Assembly (NCBI GenBank): GCA_963677485.1
Contig: OY781964.1
Span: 4,096,001 to 4,160,000 of the forward strand
Origin: Armatimonadota bacterium
GTDB lineage: Bacteria > Armatimonadota > HRBIN16
Length of the DNA: 64,000 nt
Reading direction: 5' to 3'
Position 1 is the first letter of the stretch. Each line of letters begins with the position of its first letter. Shown here one piece after another: positions 39,705 to 49,322 of the stretch. The notes below the pieces were generated by a model. The model ran no database searches. It was not told where the DNA came from and saw only the letters and a list, made by a program, of their open reading frames with translations. The position numbers and the translations under genes are program-made.

Positions 39705-39738
39705 CCTCTGTGTCCTCTGTGTCCTCTGTGGTTCAGAC
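39705..39738. repeat. (CCTCTGTGT)n array ending in GGTTCAGAC
   Basis: Three 9-bp units with the same anchor as the other arrays but a different unit. Confidence 0.8.
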
Positions 39739-39766
39739 TTCTCTTCGGTCTGCATCACGGAGTAAG

Positions 39767-40279
39767 TTATACGGGATATTGTTCATAGAATGAATCCGGT
39801 CTGCCGACTGTCTCAATAACGGCCCATAGCCAGAAGACGATACTCGCTACGCTACAAGTCACCACACTTAGTACCAGTCCCAGCCAAAACTTCCAGCTAT
39901 CATATCTGTAGGTGTAAATCCAAGTGAAGTGACCAAATATGATTGCCAGGATCAACGCGGTGGATTTGTTTTTCACAGGGGCATTGGTCAGCCGATAAGG
40001 GGCCATCGGCAGCGGTTCCTGGAATCCCGGATATTGCGATTGCCTGGCCGCGATTGCTTCCTGTTGTGCTTTCCATGATATTGCCTGGCCACCTGGTTGT
40101 TGCGGTTGGCTAGCTGCCTGCGCTGCCTGCGCTGCGGCTTGTTGACGCATCTTCTCCACGTTGATGTCTGGCGCGCCCGGCGGCTGGTCTTGCTGGCAAT
40201 AGGGGCAGCACACGTCGGTTTCCCTTATTGCACGGCGGCAGTTCACGCAATACACAGGATAGGGGTTATTCGACGCCAT
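39767..40279 (-). CDS. Zinc-ribbon protein with TM2-like membrane domain
   Basis: Same YPVYCVNCRR..CPYC..PGAPDIN N-terminus as the 33952 and 34883 genes; KNKSTALILAIIFG is TM2-like. Confidence 0.75.
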   Translation of the reverse strand: MASNNPYPVYCVNCRRAIRETDVCCPYCQQDQPPGAPDINVEKMRQQAAAQAAQAASQPQQPGGQAISWKAQQEAIAARQSQYPGFQEPLPMAPYRLTNAPVKNKSTALILAIIFGHFTWIYTYRYDSWKFWLGLVLSVVTCSVASIVFWLWAVIETVGRPDSFYEQYPV

Positions 40280-40345
40280 GAAGCCACCTCGGATTTCTGA
40301 TCGGTAACGACATCAGTATACCCACGTTGACCACAAATAAGACGG

Positions 40346-40447
40346 ACCACGGATAAAACGGGTGACGCGGATTATGCGGATGGGGAGAGGGATTGGTCCA
40401 TCCGCGGTTCAGACGGGGAATGTCCTGTCTGAACCGCGGATTTACCG
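40346..40447. repeat. 9-mer array with back-to-back GGTTCAGAC/GTCTGAACC anchors
   Basis: TCCGCGGTTCAGAC (40401-40414) and GTCTGAACCGCGGA (40427-40440) form a perfect inverted repeat. Confidence 0.8.
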
Positions 40448-40462
40448 AAGGGCAGTATACCT

Positions 40463-42580
40463 TTAGTCGCCGATGGCGCCAAAATGGCGGTCAATCACCA
40501 CGTAATCGAACAGGTTGACCTGTCCATCGCCGTCAAGGTCCGCCACGGGATCGCTGCTGTTGAAGCGGCTGTCTAGCTGCACATAGTCGAACAGGTTTAC
40601 CTGGCCGTCGCCATCGGCATCGCCGTTGACCAGCGCGGCGTTCAGGCTTTGTTCTGCCGCCACATTGCTTAGCTTCGTCGTTAAGAAGTGCGGGCTGGCG
40701 ATGCGGATGTCATATGGCGGCTGCAGATAGCTGGAGAGGTTGAAACGACCGTCTGGTTGTGGGATCAAGCTGAGGCACTGACTGACACTTGGGTCTGCAG
40801 TGCTGCTGACGTATGCCGTGAGCTGCCGCGAGGCCATACTGCCTGTGAAATCGCCCAGTTGCACCTGCCCGGAGAGCTGCTTCACGCCGCGGATGACTGT
40901 GGTAGTGTTGCGATACACATCAATTGCGAGGATGCCGTTATTGGGAGCTGGCACGGAATACACCTTGTTGTCATTGCTTCCCCAGATCACCAACGACCCG
41001 TCGCGCTTCAAACCGACCGCATGTTCGTATCCGATATCCGCAGCGATGAAATCCTGGTTGGGTTCTGGCACCGTATGATACCCCCAGTTGTTATAACCCC
41101 AGCAAACGATAGACCCATCTCTCTTCAATCCGATGGTGTTTCCGTAACCTGCGGATACTGACATGAAATCAATGTTTGGTGCCGGCACTACACAAGCATT
41201 ACCAAAGGATGAGCCCCAACAGACCACTGAACCATCACGCTTAATCGCGGCTGAATGGTGAGCTCCCGCAGAGATCGCCATAAACTCCTGGTTCGGTGCG
41301 GGTACCGTGCCTTTACCCGCTTCGTTCGATCCCCAGCAGAGGACAGAACCATCACGCTTCAATCCCATCGTATGGTCATCACCCGCAGAGACCGCCATAA
41401 AGTCCTGGTTTGGAGCCGGAACACTACACTGGCCGTCAGTATTCAGACCCCAACAAGCGATCGAGCCATCCTGTCGGAGTGCCGCTGTATAGCCGATACC
41501 TACGGTTATTGAGGTGAAGCCGCTGTTGGGTTCAGGAACACTACATTGTCCAACGTCGTTCTGTCCCCAGCAAACCACCGATCCGTCAGCTTTCAATCCT
41601 GCGGAGTGGTCGGTGGTGTAGGCTACACTCGTGAAGTCTTGATTGGGTGCAGGTATGTTCAACTGGCCACTGTAGGCAGCTCCCCAAAACACCAGTGTTC
41701 CATCGCGTTTCACCCCGACGGTGTATGAATAGGCAGATGAGACCGATGCGAAATCTTGGTTGGGAGCCGGCACATTGCACTGCCCCGTGTCATTCAATCC
41801 CCAGCAAACCACTGAACCGTCGCGTCTCACGGCGGACGTATATGAATCTCCAGCATCTATAAACGCAAAGTCCTGGTTAGGCACAGGAATGTCACATTGG
41901 TTGCGGTCGTTAGTTCCCCAGCATACCAGCGTTCCATCGCGCTTCAGGCCTACAGAAAAGCCGTTGCCCGCTGAGACGGCGGTAAATTCTGAATTTGGCA
42001 TGGGTACATTACACTCGCCGTTTGCATTGGTACCCCAGCAGACTACCGAACCATCACGCTTCAATCCGATAGAGTGGGTATAAGCTGTATCGACCGCAAC
42101 AATATCTTTATTAGGTGACGGTGTTGCTGATGAATTTCCCCAGCAGACTACCGAGCCATCACGTTTCAGTCCGACTGTCTGCGTAAAGCCAATAGCGATG
42201 GCAGTGTAATCGATGTATGACGGAGGGTAGCTGCTTGGTATGCCAATGAATACTATTGTACCATCGCGTTTTATCCCATATGTTCCCGACCCCCCTGTGG
42301 ACACAGCCGTGAAACCGCGATTTGGTGAGGGCAATACACAGTTGTTGTTTAGATTAGAACCCCACAAGACGATGCTTCCATCCCGTTTCAGGCCTGCGCA
42401 GGAGCTTGATCCCGCTGCCACAGCAGAAAACCCGCTGAGTTCGCCCGGTACACTAACTTGATAACCCCAAGTCTCGATGGTCCCACCTAGTGCCAACGAT
42501 CGCGAACTGCAGTAAATCACCATGAGTAAAGAGATACACCATACCGGGATACCGATCAGTAATGCTTTCACGGACGTCAT
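40463..42580 (-). CDS. Secreted RCC1/BLIP-II repeat protein with dockerin-like C-terminus
   Basis: About 40-aa repeats SAGxxHxxGLKRDGSVVCWG; duplicated DxDGDGQVNLFDY tail. Confidence 0.85.
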   Translation of the reverse strand: MTSVKALLIGIPVWCISLLMVIYCSSRSLALGGTIETWGYQVSVPGELSGFSAVAAGSSSCAGLKRDGSIVLWGSNLNNNCVLPSPNRGFTAVSTGGSGTYGIKRDGTIVFIGIPSSYPPSYIDYTAIAIGFTQTVGLKRDGSVVCWGNSSATPSPNKDIVAVDTAYTHSIGLKRDGSVVCWGTNANGECNVPMPNSEFTAVSAGNGFSVGLKRDGTLVCWGTNDRNQCDIPVPNQDFAFIDAGDSYTSAVRRDGSVVCWGLNDTGQCNVPAPNQDFASVSSAYSYTVGVKRDGTLVFWGAAYSGQLNIPAPNQDFTSVAYTTDHSAGLKADGSVVCWGQNDVGQCSVPEPNSGFTSITVGIGYTAALRQDGSIACWGLNTDGQCSVPAPNQDFMAVSAGDDHTMGLKRDGSVLCWGSNEAGKGTVPAPNQEFMAISAGAHHSAAIKRDGSVVCWGSSFGNACVVPAPNIDFMSVSAGYGNTIGLKRDGSIVCWGYNNWGYHTVPEPNQDFIAADIGYEHAVGLKRDGSLVIWGSNDNKVYSVPAPNNGILAIDVYRNTTTVIRGVKQLSGQVQLGDFTGSMASRQLTAYVSSTADPSVSQCLSLIPQPDGRFNLSSYLQPPYDIRIASPHFLTTKLSNVAAEQSLNAALVNGDADGDGQVNLFDYVQLDSRFNSSDPVADLDGDGQVNLFDYVVIDRHFGAIGD

Positions 42581-42657
42581 ATCATACCCTCCACGGATCA
42601 GATTCGATTTGGTGCCGGCGATGGAATATGCCAGCGGTTCAGGTGTTCTAAAGATTC

Positions 42658-44769
42658 TCAGTCGCCGATGGCGCCAAAATGGCGGTCAATTACCACGTAA
42701 TCGAACAGGTTGACCTGCCCATCGCCGTCAAGGTCAGCCATGGGGTCATTGCTGTTGAAGCGGCTGTCTAGCTGCACATAGTCGAACAGGTTCACCTGAC
42801 CGTCGCCATCGGCATCGCCGTTGACAAGCGCTGCGTTCAGGCTTAGTTCTGCGGCCATATTGCTTAGCCTCGCTGTCAGGAAGTGCGGACTAGCGATGCG
42901 GATGTCATATGGCGGCTGCAGATAGCTGGAGAGGTTGAAACGGCCATCTGGTTGTGGGATCAAGCTTAGGCACTGGCTAACACTCGGGTCCGATGTGTTG
43001 CTGACATATGCCGTGAGCTGCCGCGAGGCCATACTGCCTGCAAAGTCGGTCAGTTGCACCTGCCCAGAAAGCGACTTGAGGCCACGGATGATGGCTGATG
43101 AACCACCGTTGGCTCTGATCGCCAGGATCCCGCTATTTGGGTTCGGTATGACAGAAGGGCCACTGTCATATGACCCCCAGAAGACTGCAGTTCCGTCACG
43201 CTTCAAACCTATTGCATGACCTCGACCCATGGCGATGGCCGTAAAGTCCTGGTTGGGTTCTGGTATTCTGGAAAGATAGGTGTCATTGGGCCAGATGACG
43301 ATCGAACCATCCCGCTTCAATCCTAAAGTGAATCTTTCTCCTGCAGAAACAGCCATGAAGTCACTATTGGGCTCAGGCACCGTTCGTATGGCTGAGGTAC
43401 CACCCCAGCACACGACAGAGCCATCACCCTTCAGTCCGGCAGCGTGATTAACACCTGCAGATATCGCCACAAAACCCTGATTCGGGATAGGCAAGCTGGT
43501 GTCGCTGCTTGATGTATCTCCCCAGTCCACCACTGAACCGTCACTTTTCAAACCTACCGTGTGAGCACCGGAAGTAGATACAGCAACGAAGTCTTGGTTA
43601 GGTGCTGGTACAATTAAGCCATTATTGTTTGGGCTTCCCCAACACACTATCATTCCGTTACGTCTCAAAGCCACCATGTGTCCATTCCCTGCGGATACCG
43701 ATATAAAGTCATTGTTTGGCGCAGGCACGTTGCACTGACCAACATCATTCATTCCAAAGCAGGTGATCGAACCATCCTTTCGCAATACTGCGGTATTGTA
43801 AGCCGCCACAGATACATCGATGATCTCCTCATTCGGAACCGGCAGGCCACACTCTCCATCTTGAGACCCCCATGATACCACCGTGCCGTCGCGCTTCACT
43901 CCGCAGGAGTGAGCGTATCCTGCACTGATGGAAGCCCAATCACGATTAGGTTCCGGAACTACACACTGTTTGTCCGTATTATATCCCCAGCAGACGATTG
44001 ATCCATCGCTCTTCAGACCCATGATATGCCCGGCGCCGGCACTAATTGATACGAAGTCTGCATTTGGCACGGGCACATCACGCTGACCACAAGCATCACT
44101 ACCCCAGATCACCACTGATCCGTCACGTTTTAGTCCAACTGCGAACTCAGCGCCAGCACTAATCGCTACAAAGTCTTGGTTAGGTTGAGGCACGTTGCAC
44201 TGTCCTGCACTATTGTCACCCCAACAAACCACCGATCCATCATTCTTAAGTCCCACATTAAAGGTCATGCCCGCAGAAACAGCACTGAAGTTTTCGTTAG
44301 GCTCAGGTGTGATATAGTTTGTGGGATAGCTGTCTCCCCAACAAATGATTTTGCCTTCAACTGTCAGTCCTGCCATATGCGAAAATCCCGCTGCAATAGC
44401 AGTGAATTTCTGGTCCGGGTTCCTATAACCAAAGCTACCCCAGCAAACCACCGTGCCGTCAGTCTTCAATCCTGCAGAGAACCTGAATCCTGAAACCACG
44501 GAGGTAAAACCACTGTTAGGTAAGGGAATTTTACATTGTTCTTGTCCGCTATACCCCCAACCGACAAGGCTGCCGTCGCGCTTCAGGCCTATTGTGTCCA
44601 TATATCCTGCAGTAACGGAGCGGAAACCTGTCAGTTGGCCTGGTGCCAGAACCCGCATGCCCCAGGTTTCCACAGTTCCACCCTGGGCGAAGCAGGCCGC
44701 GGTGGACATCAGAAGGAAAACAGTTGTTACTGACTTGCGGCAAAGAGACAAAAGCTGCGGCAGATGCAT
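42658..44769 (-). CDS. Secreted RCC1/BLIP-II repeat protein with dockerin-like C-terminus (paralog)
   Basis: Same architecture as 40463-42580 with a near-identical C-terminus. Confidence 0.85.
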   Translation of the reverse strand: MHLPQLLSLCRKSVTTVFLLMSTAACFAQGGTVETWGMRVLAPGQLTGFRSVTAGYMDTIGLKRDGSLVGWGYSGQEQCKIPLPNSGFTSVVSGFRFSAGLKTDGTVVCWGSFGYRNPDQKFTAIAAGFSHMAGLTVEGKIICWGDSYPTNYITPEPNENFSAVSAGMTFNVGLKNDGSVVCWGDNSAGQCNVPQPNQDFVAISAGAEFAVGLKRDGSVVIWGSDACGQRDVPVPNADFVSISAGAGHIMGLKSDGSIVCWGYNTDKQCVVPEPNRDWASISAGYAHSCGVKRDGTVVSWGSQDGECGLPVPNEEIIDVSVAAYNTAVLRKDGSITCFGMNDVGQCNVPAPNNDFISVSAGNGHMVALRRNGMIVCWGSPNNNGLIVPAPNQDFVAVSTSGAHTVGLKSDGSVVDWGDTSSSDTSLPIPNQGFVAISAGVNHAAGLKGDGSVVCWGGTSAIRTVPEPNSDFMAVSAGERFTLGLKRDGSIVIWPNDTYLSRIPEPNQDFTAIAMGRGHAIGLKRDGTAVFWGSYDSGPSVIPNPNSGILAIRANGGSSAIIRGLKSLSGQVQLTDFAGSMASRQLTAYVSNTSDPSVSQCLSLIPQPDGRFNLSSYLQPPYDIRIASPHFLTARLSNMAAELSLNAALVNGDADGDGQVNLFDYVQLDSRFNSNDPMADLDGDGQVNLFDYVVIDRHFGAIGD

Positions 44770-45036
44770 TTGAGATACCCTCGTTTACTATGTTATGACC
44801 CGATATTACCTGCAGATACAGCGAGCACAAGCAAGGAAGTGTCACATCAACGAAACACCGTGTGACCGTATACAGTCAGTAGTTTACATCAAATAGGTAA
44901 GAAAGGGAAACCATCGGATGCGAATTATTGAGACGAGTGATACTGATCATCTTGACGCTGTTACTTCAACTTTGTGCCCGTGATGGTTCAGCCACTCCTT
45001 ATCGGCTAATATGGAACTGATCTCGGTCTTCGGAGG

Positions 45037-45981
45037 GTGAATACCATGCGTCCACTGCTTCGCGAATACTTGCTCCGCCTACTGCTGGTGCTGAGCACGG
45101 GTGTGATATTCGTCGTGTTCTCCGAGCTGATGTTTTGGGGACGCTACGACTTTGCGAAAAACATCCCTGCCGAATACTTGCACACTGTGCTGGCCTATTC
45201 GTTCATGGCCTGGGTGTTCCTTATTGTGGTGCGTCTGTTCCGTGTGCGCAGTCTGCATGCGCTGTTTATGGCCGGAGCGGTGTTCGGATGGCTGTGCGAA
45301 GGCATTTTTGTTCAGACGATGTATGATGACTTTCCAATAAAAATCTCCTTCACCGGTCTGGCCTGGCACGCGTTGTTGACGGTCTGCTGCGGTTGGTATC
45401 TGTTCCGCAGGTTGATGCTGATGGACAGCCCTCTGCCGACACTGAAGGTTTCCGTTTTGGCCGGGCTGATATGGGCATTGTGGTCAGTTTGGTGGTGGAT
45501 CACCAAAGGGTTGGTGTCTACACCGGACGAATATGCCGTTTACGCCATCATTACGACCGTGATGTTGATTGTGGGGCTCCGGGTGTCAGCGATGATACCC
45601 TCGGCGGTTTTCCGACCCTCGAAGGGTGATATCATAGTCACCATGCTTTTGGTGCTGCTGTTCTACCTATTAATAACCATCAGAGCGAACCATTTGGCAC
45701 TGACTGTTCTACCGGTCTGCATGGGATTAGCCTTTTACGCGCTGAACAAGAACAGGCAGGCTGAAACCGAACCTGATGTCCTTCAGCAGCTTGACGGTAG
45801 GGTTTACCCGTGGAACTATGCTGCCATTCTGGTGATGCCTGCCGTTTCGACGGCTGTATATGCGATTCTCTATTATGCGCACATACGGCTGCGGACAGGG
45901 CCTGTGTTCTACCTGGGTTTGACCACCGCGGGGTTCACCCTGTTCTTTTACAGCTTCATCCGGCTGGTGCGCAGAAGGTGA
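45037..45981 (+). CDS. Polytopic membrane protein of unknown function
   Basis: About 10 hydrophobic segments; RBS GGAGG before GTG. Confidence 0.65.
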   Translation: MNTMRPLLREYLLRLLLVLSTGVIFVVFSELMFWGRYDFAKNIPAEYLHTVLAYSFMAWVFLIVVRLFRVRSLHALFMAGAVFGWLCEGIFVQTMYDDFPIKISFTGLAWHALLTVCCGWYLFRRLMLMDSPLPTLKVSVLAGLIWALWSVWWWITKGLVSTPDEYAVYAIITTVMLIVGLRVSAMIPSAVFRPSKGDIIVTMLLVLLFYLLITIRANHLALTVLPVCMGLAFYALNKNRQAETEPDVLQQLDGRVYPWNYAAILVMPAVSTAVYAILYYAHIRLRTGPVFYLGLTTAGFTLFFYSFIRLVRRR

Positions 45982-46003
45982 GCTGGTGCACCATTCTGTG
46001 ATC

Positions 46004-46050
46004 GTCTGAACCGCGGATTACGCGCAATCCGCGTAATCCGTGGTTTAGAC
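46004..46050. repeat. Cargo-free inverted pair of the TCTGAACC array
   Basis: GTCTGAACCGCGGATTACGCGCAATCCGCGTAATCCGTGGTTTAGAC hairpin. Confidence 0.8.
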
Positions 46051-46162
46051 AACATCACGCGGTTCGGACGAATCAACCTCCTCACACTTGAACTCAACGC
46101 CCAGAACGGGCACAATAAACACGCAATAGTCTCAAATTCGAACACACTATTAGGAGATTTCT

Positions 46163-47089
46163 GTGAATAACCTTGTGCTCACCCTTGCGGTGGGATTGAC
46201 CTTGCTGCCGTTCATTTGCCATGCCCAAACCGCTGTGGGGACCGGCTTCAGTACCAACCCGGATATGCAAATCGCCGCCGACATGGCCGCCTTTCAAGCG
46301 AAGCGTGAACTGAAAGGTGCGGCGCCGAAGCTAGTGCTGGTGGCCGATGGCTACCGCGGTGACAAGCAATTGATGCTGAACCGCATCGCGAAATACTTCC
46401 CAAAACAGACGATTTACGGCGGGATGAGCTTTGGTGCGATCTGTGACAAGGGCTTCGCACGCGGCAACAGCATCGCGGTGGTGGCGATCGCCGACCCTAA
46501 GATGAAGATCACCGCCGCGAGGGCCGATGGTGTGAAAGCCGATATGCACAAAGCGGGTGTGAGTATCGCCAACGGGCTGGGGTGCCAGGCGGGTTCCGCC
46601 GTGAGCGTGATGCTGATGGGCGACTGCCATGTGCCCACCGATCAGACGCTGGTGGAGGGTGTACAGAGCGTGTTGGGTGACAAACTGCCGATATACGGCG
46701 GCTCCACCTCCTTTGAGGCTGACAGTTACTATCAGGGCGTGGCACGCCGCGACTCGGCGTTCGGCATCGCCACTATGAACAGCAAGGCCGCCAGTGTGCT
46801 GGCCGGCGGCAGCGCGAACGAGAAAGAAGCACTCGCCTTGGCCCTCCAGAGCATGAAGACAGCACTGCAAACCAACGGCAACAACAAAATGCTGATGTTG
46901 TTTGAGTGTGCGGGTCGACAAGGGTTGTTCAGCGACTGCGACCTAGAGCGCCAGATATTGATGGCACAGATGGGTAAACAACTGCCGATCTTCGGCTTCT
47001 ACGGCTCAGGTGAGATCGGTCAGCCAGACGGCAGCAGCAAGTCTGAGGGCCGAGGCGTCCACGTCAGCGCAGCGGGTGTCGGCTGGTAG
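46163..47089 (+). CDS. FIST-domain protein with signal peptide
   Basis: FIST-like IYGG, PIYGGS, FECAGR and GFYGSGEIG; N-terminal LVLTLAVGLTLLPFICHA-Q. Confidence 0.75.
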   Translation: MNNLVLTLAVGLTLLPFICHAQTAVGTGFSTNPDMQIAADMAAFQAKRELKGAAPKLVLVADGYRGDKQLMLNRIAKYFPKQTIYGGMSFGAICDKGFARGNSIAVVAIADPKMKITAARADGVKADMHKAGVSIANGLGCQAGSAVSVMLMGDCHVPTDQTLVEGVQSVLGDKLPIYGGSTSFEADSYYQGVARRDSAFGIATMNSKAASVLAGGSANEKEALALALQSMKTALQTNGNNKMLMLFECAGRQGLFSDCDLERQILMAQMGKQLPIFGFYGSGEIGQPDGSSKSEGRGVHVSAAGVGW

Positions 47090-47223
47090 GTTTGCCGCCC
47101 CATTGTCATCGGTCTTGAGCCACGAATGGCGGGGGAGCCTACGCAAGGACGCAAAGGTAGTTAAGTGGATTATTTGATATTCATACGCCATCCGGTTATG
47201 GGTTTGGTCACGGAAGTGTCTTG

Positions 47224-47393
47224 ATTGGCTATGTCCGGGGCGGTCTGTCAGTACGCCTGCGGAGGCCACTGTCTATTGACCGCGCCGGTCTTGTTCCCGA
47301 CACGGATCTTTCGTGGCTATCCGCCAGACCGGCGCGGTCTCGAGCCTTCTGCATCCGCTAACGTACGCACAGACCGCCCCGGACTTAGCCAAT
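47224..47393. repeat. Long palindromic element, copy 2 (imperfect arms)
   Basis: GGCTATGTCCGGGGCGGTCTGT...GACCGCGCCGGTCT...AGACCGGCGCGGTC...ACAGACCGCCCCGGAC. Confidence 0.88.
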
Positions 47394-47644
47394 ATAAGGG
47401 TGCGGATCAGTTACAACCTGGGCTGACTTGAAACCAAGAGCGGTGCTATCTCCCAACCGGTCCATGTAAAACCTGTGTAAATTACGTTGAATTACCGCCA
47501 GATGGCTGCCTTCATAGCGGAATATTGGTTACCGTGGTCATGAAATGCGTCTAATATATTGAAAGTGCTAAAGGGTAACTCCCGCAGCCTTCCCCGGCAC
47601 GATGGAGTGCTGAGAGTGAGCGACGGTGAACAGGAGGCCTTCAA

Positions 47645-48451
47645 ATGTCCCGTGACAAGCATCAGAGCGGTTTCACGCTAATAGAGCTGCTCGTAGTCAT
47701 CGCGATCATCGCGATATTAGCATCGATCCTCTTCCCTGTTTTCGGCACCGCCAGAGAACGGGCCAAGCAGATCAGTTGTATGAGCAATATCAAACAGATC
47801 GGGCTTGCCATCAGGCTTTATGCCGATGATGCTGATGGTGTTTTTCCAAATGGATGTTCCGGTGAAGAGGGCACCCCAACGCAGATGCCCAACTGGATCA
47901 TCAACAACACCGTGCCTGATCCAGCTCCAACCGCAGGACCAGGCGCAGTGGCCGGTGCCTGTGGCGATAATGCCCGGTTCTATAGGTTCTTGATGAACTA
48001 CCAGTTGGCCAACTACCTTAAAGCACCCAGCATGTGGTATTGCCCCAGCAGCCAAATAAGGATCACACCCGAAAACAAAGCTCAGGGGCTGCAGACTTAC
48101 GTTTGGGCGACAAACTGGATATACAACACGTGCGATGGAACTAACCCGTGCGTGAACTACGGCACTACGGCCGATCCTGAATACCGCAACCTATCGACTG
48201 ACCCTATGAGCGACTCCAGTAACTATGTATCTGAACGTATGCTGCTGGCCGACTACGGCTTGATGGGCTGGGACGGACCAGATGCACGCGACGACAACAA
48301 CAACCCGGTGACGGATCGAGCCAACAGACGCAACCACGACCGAGGTTACAATGTGGTCTATTTTGACGGACATGCAGGCTTGACTAAGTTTGGTCGGAAA
48401 TGGCTGACCACTCCGGCCACCGGTTGGCCTGCATCCATGGCACCTCAGTAA
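47645..48451 (+). CDS. Prepilin-type N-terminal cleavage / DUF1559-like / H-X9-DG protein
   Basis: [41 protein letters not shown]; C-terminal [13 protein letters not shown]. Confidence 0.9.
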   Translation: MSRDKHQSGFTLIELLVVIAIIAILASILFPVFGTARERAKQISCMSNIKQIGLAIRLYADDADGVFPNGCSGEEGTPTQMPNWIINNTVPDPAPTAGPGAVAGACGDNARFYRFLMNYQLANYLKAPSMWYCPSSQIRITPENKAQGLQTYVWATNWIYNTCDGTNPCVNYGTTADPEYRNLSTDPMSDSSNYVSERMLLADYGLMGWDGPDARDDNNNPVTDRANRRNHDRGYNVVYFDGHAGLTKFGRKWLTTPATGWPASMAPQ

Positions 48452-48506
48452 AGATATACGATGGTCCATGAGCCCATGTTGAAATGGGACAAGACCGAAC
48501 CATACA

Positions 48507-48532
48507 AGGGCAGGCCTCTGTGCCTGCCCTAC
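48507..48532 (-). repeat. Single GTAG-type REP
   Basis: Minus strand GTAGGGCAGGCACAGAGGCCTGCCCT. Confidence 0.6.
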
Positions 48533-48827
48533 ACCGCATAACCTCGCCGGTCGTGTCCGGCTCTGCGCCACCAACGCTGTCCACCAAGCCATATCCCCCT
48601 GAACTAACTCTCTGCAAATATTCGTTCACAGTGATGGTTTTGTGCTTGAATGGTATTTCATGATACAATTCTACTGGACAATGCCCGTCCGTGACGCGCC
48701 GATTTACTGGGACTATCCACGAAGAATCCCCCGTGTCTCATCCTTTGAATCATCCGCCAGGCGGGCGATATCACTGTATCTGAGGCTGCCATATGCACCT
48801 CTATATCACTTCGAGAAGGCGAAAAAA

Positions 48828-49322
48828 ATGGAACTCTCAACTCAAAAGAGCATTCTAGACATCCTTGAGCGTGACGCTCGCACTACGACTGCACAGATTG
48901 CAGCCATGCTGGACATCAATGAGGCAGAGGCCGCCGCTGCCATTGCGAAACTCGAAGCAGATGGCATTATCCGGCGCCACAAAACCATTGTTGACTGGGA
49001 ACTTTTTGGTGATGAGCGCGTATATGCCTTCATCGATGTGCGTGTCAGTCCTGCCCGCGAGGTGGGATATGATGGCGTCGCTGAGCGCATCTACCGATTC
49101 CCGCAGGTTCATGCGGTCTACCTTGTTTCTGGTGGACAGGATCTTCGTGTCATCATCAGCGGACGAACCATGAAGGAGGTCGCCTCCTTCGTGTCGGAGC
49201 GTCTGGCGCCAATTGACCGGATCGAAGCCTGCAACACTCAGTTCATCCTGAAAAGATACAAAGAGGACGATGAGATATTCGGTGAGATGGAGACAGATAA
49301 CCGATTGGTGATGGCTCCATGA
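48828..49322 (+). CDS. Lrp/AsnC regulator (YugG/AlaR-like)
   Basis: ILDILERDAR HTH, IVDW, VYLVSGGQDL, FILKRYK; coupled to an aminotransferase. Confidence 0.88.
   Translation: MELSTQKSILDILERDARTTTAQIAAMLDINEAEAAAAIAKLEADGIIRRHKTIVDWELFGDERVYAFIDVRVSPAREVGYDGVAERIYRFPQVHAVYLVSGGQDLRVIISGRTMKEVASFVSERLAPIDRIEACNTQFILKRYKEDDEIFGEMETDNRLVMAP

Noticed and set aside
40463-43090. Diversity-generating retroelement TR/VR pair in the RCC1 tails
   Set aside because: Differences are not adenine-specific, both copies are coding, and no reverse transcriptase is present in the window.
47560-47640. Riboswitch before the prepilin gene
   Set aside because: Only fragments (GATGGAGT, GCTGAGA) resemble fluoride or TPP motifs; the full consensus is absent.
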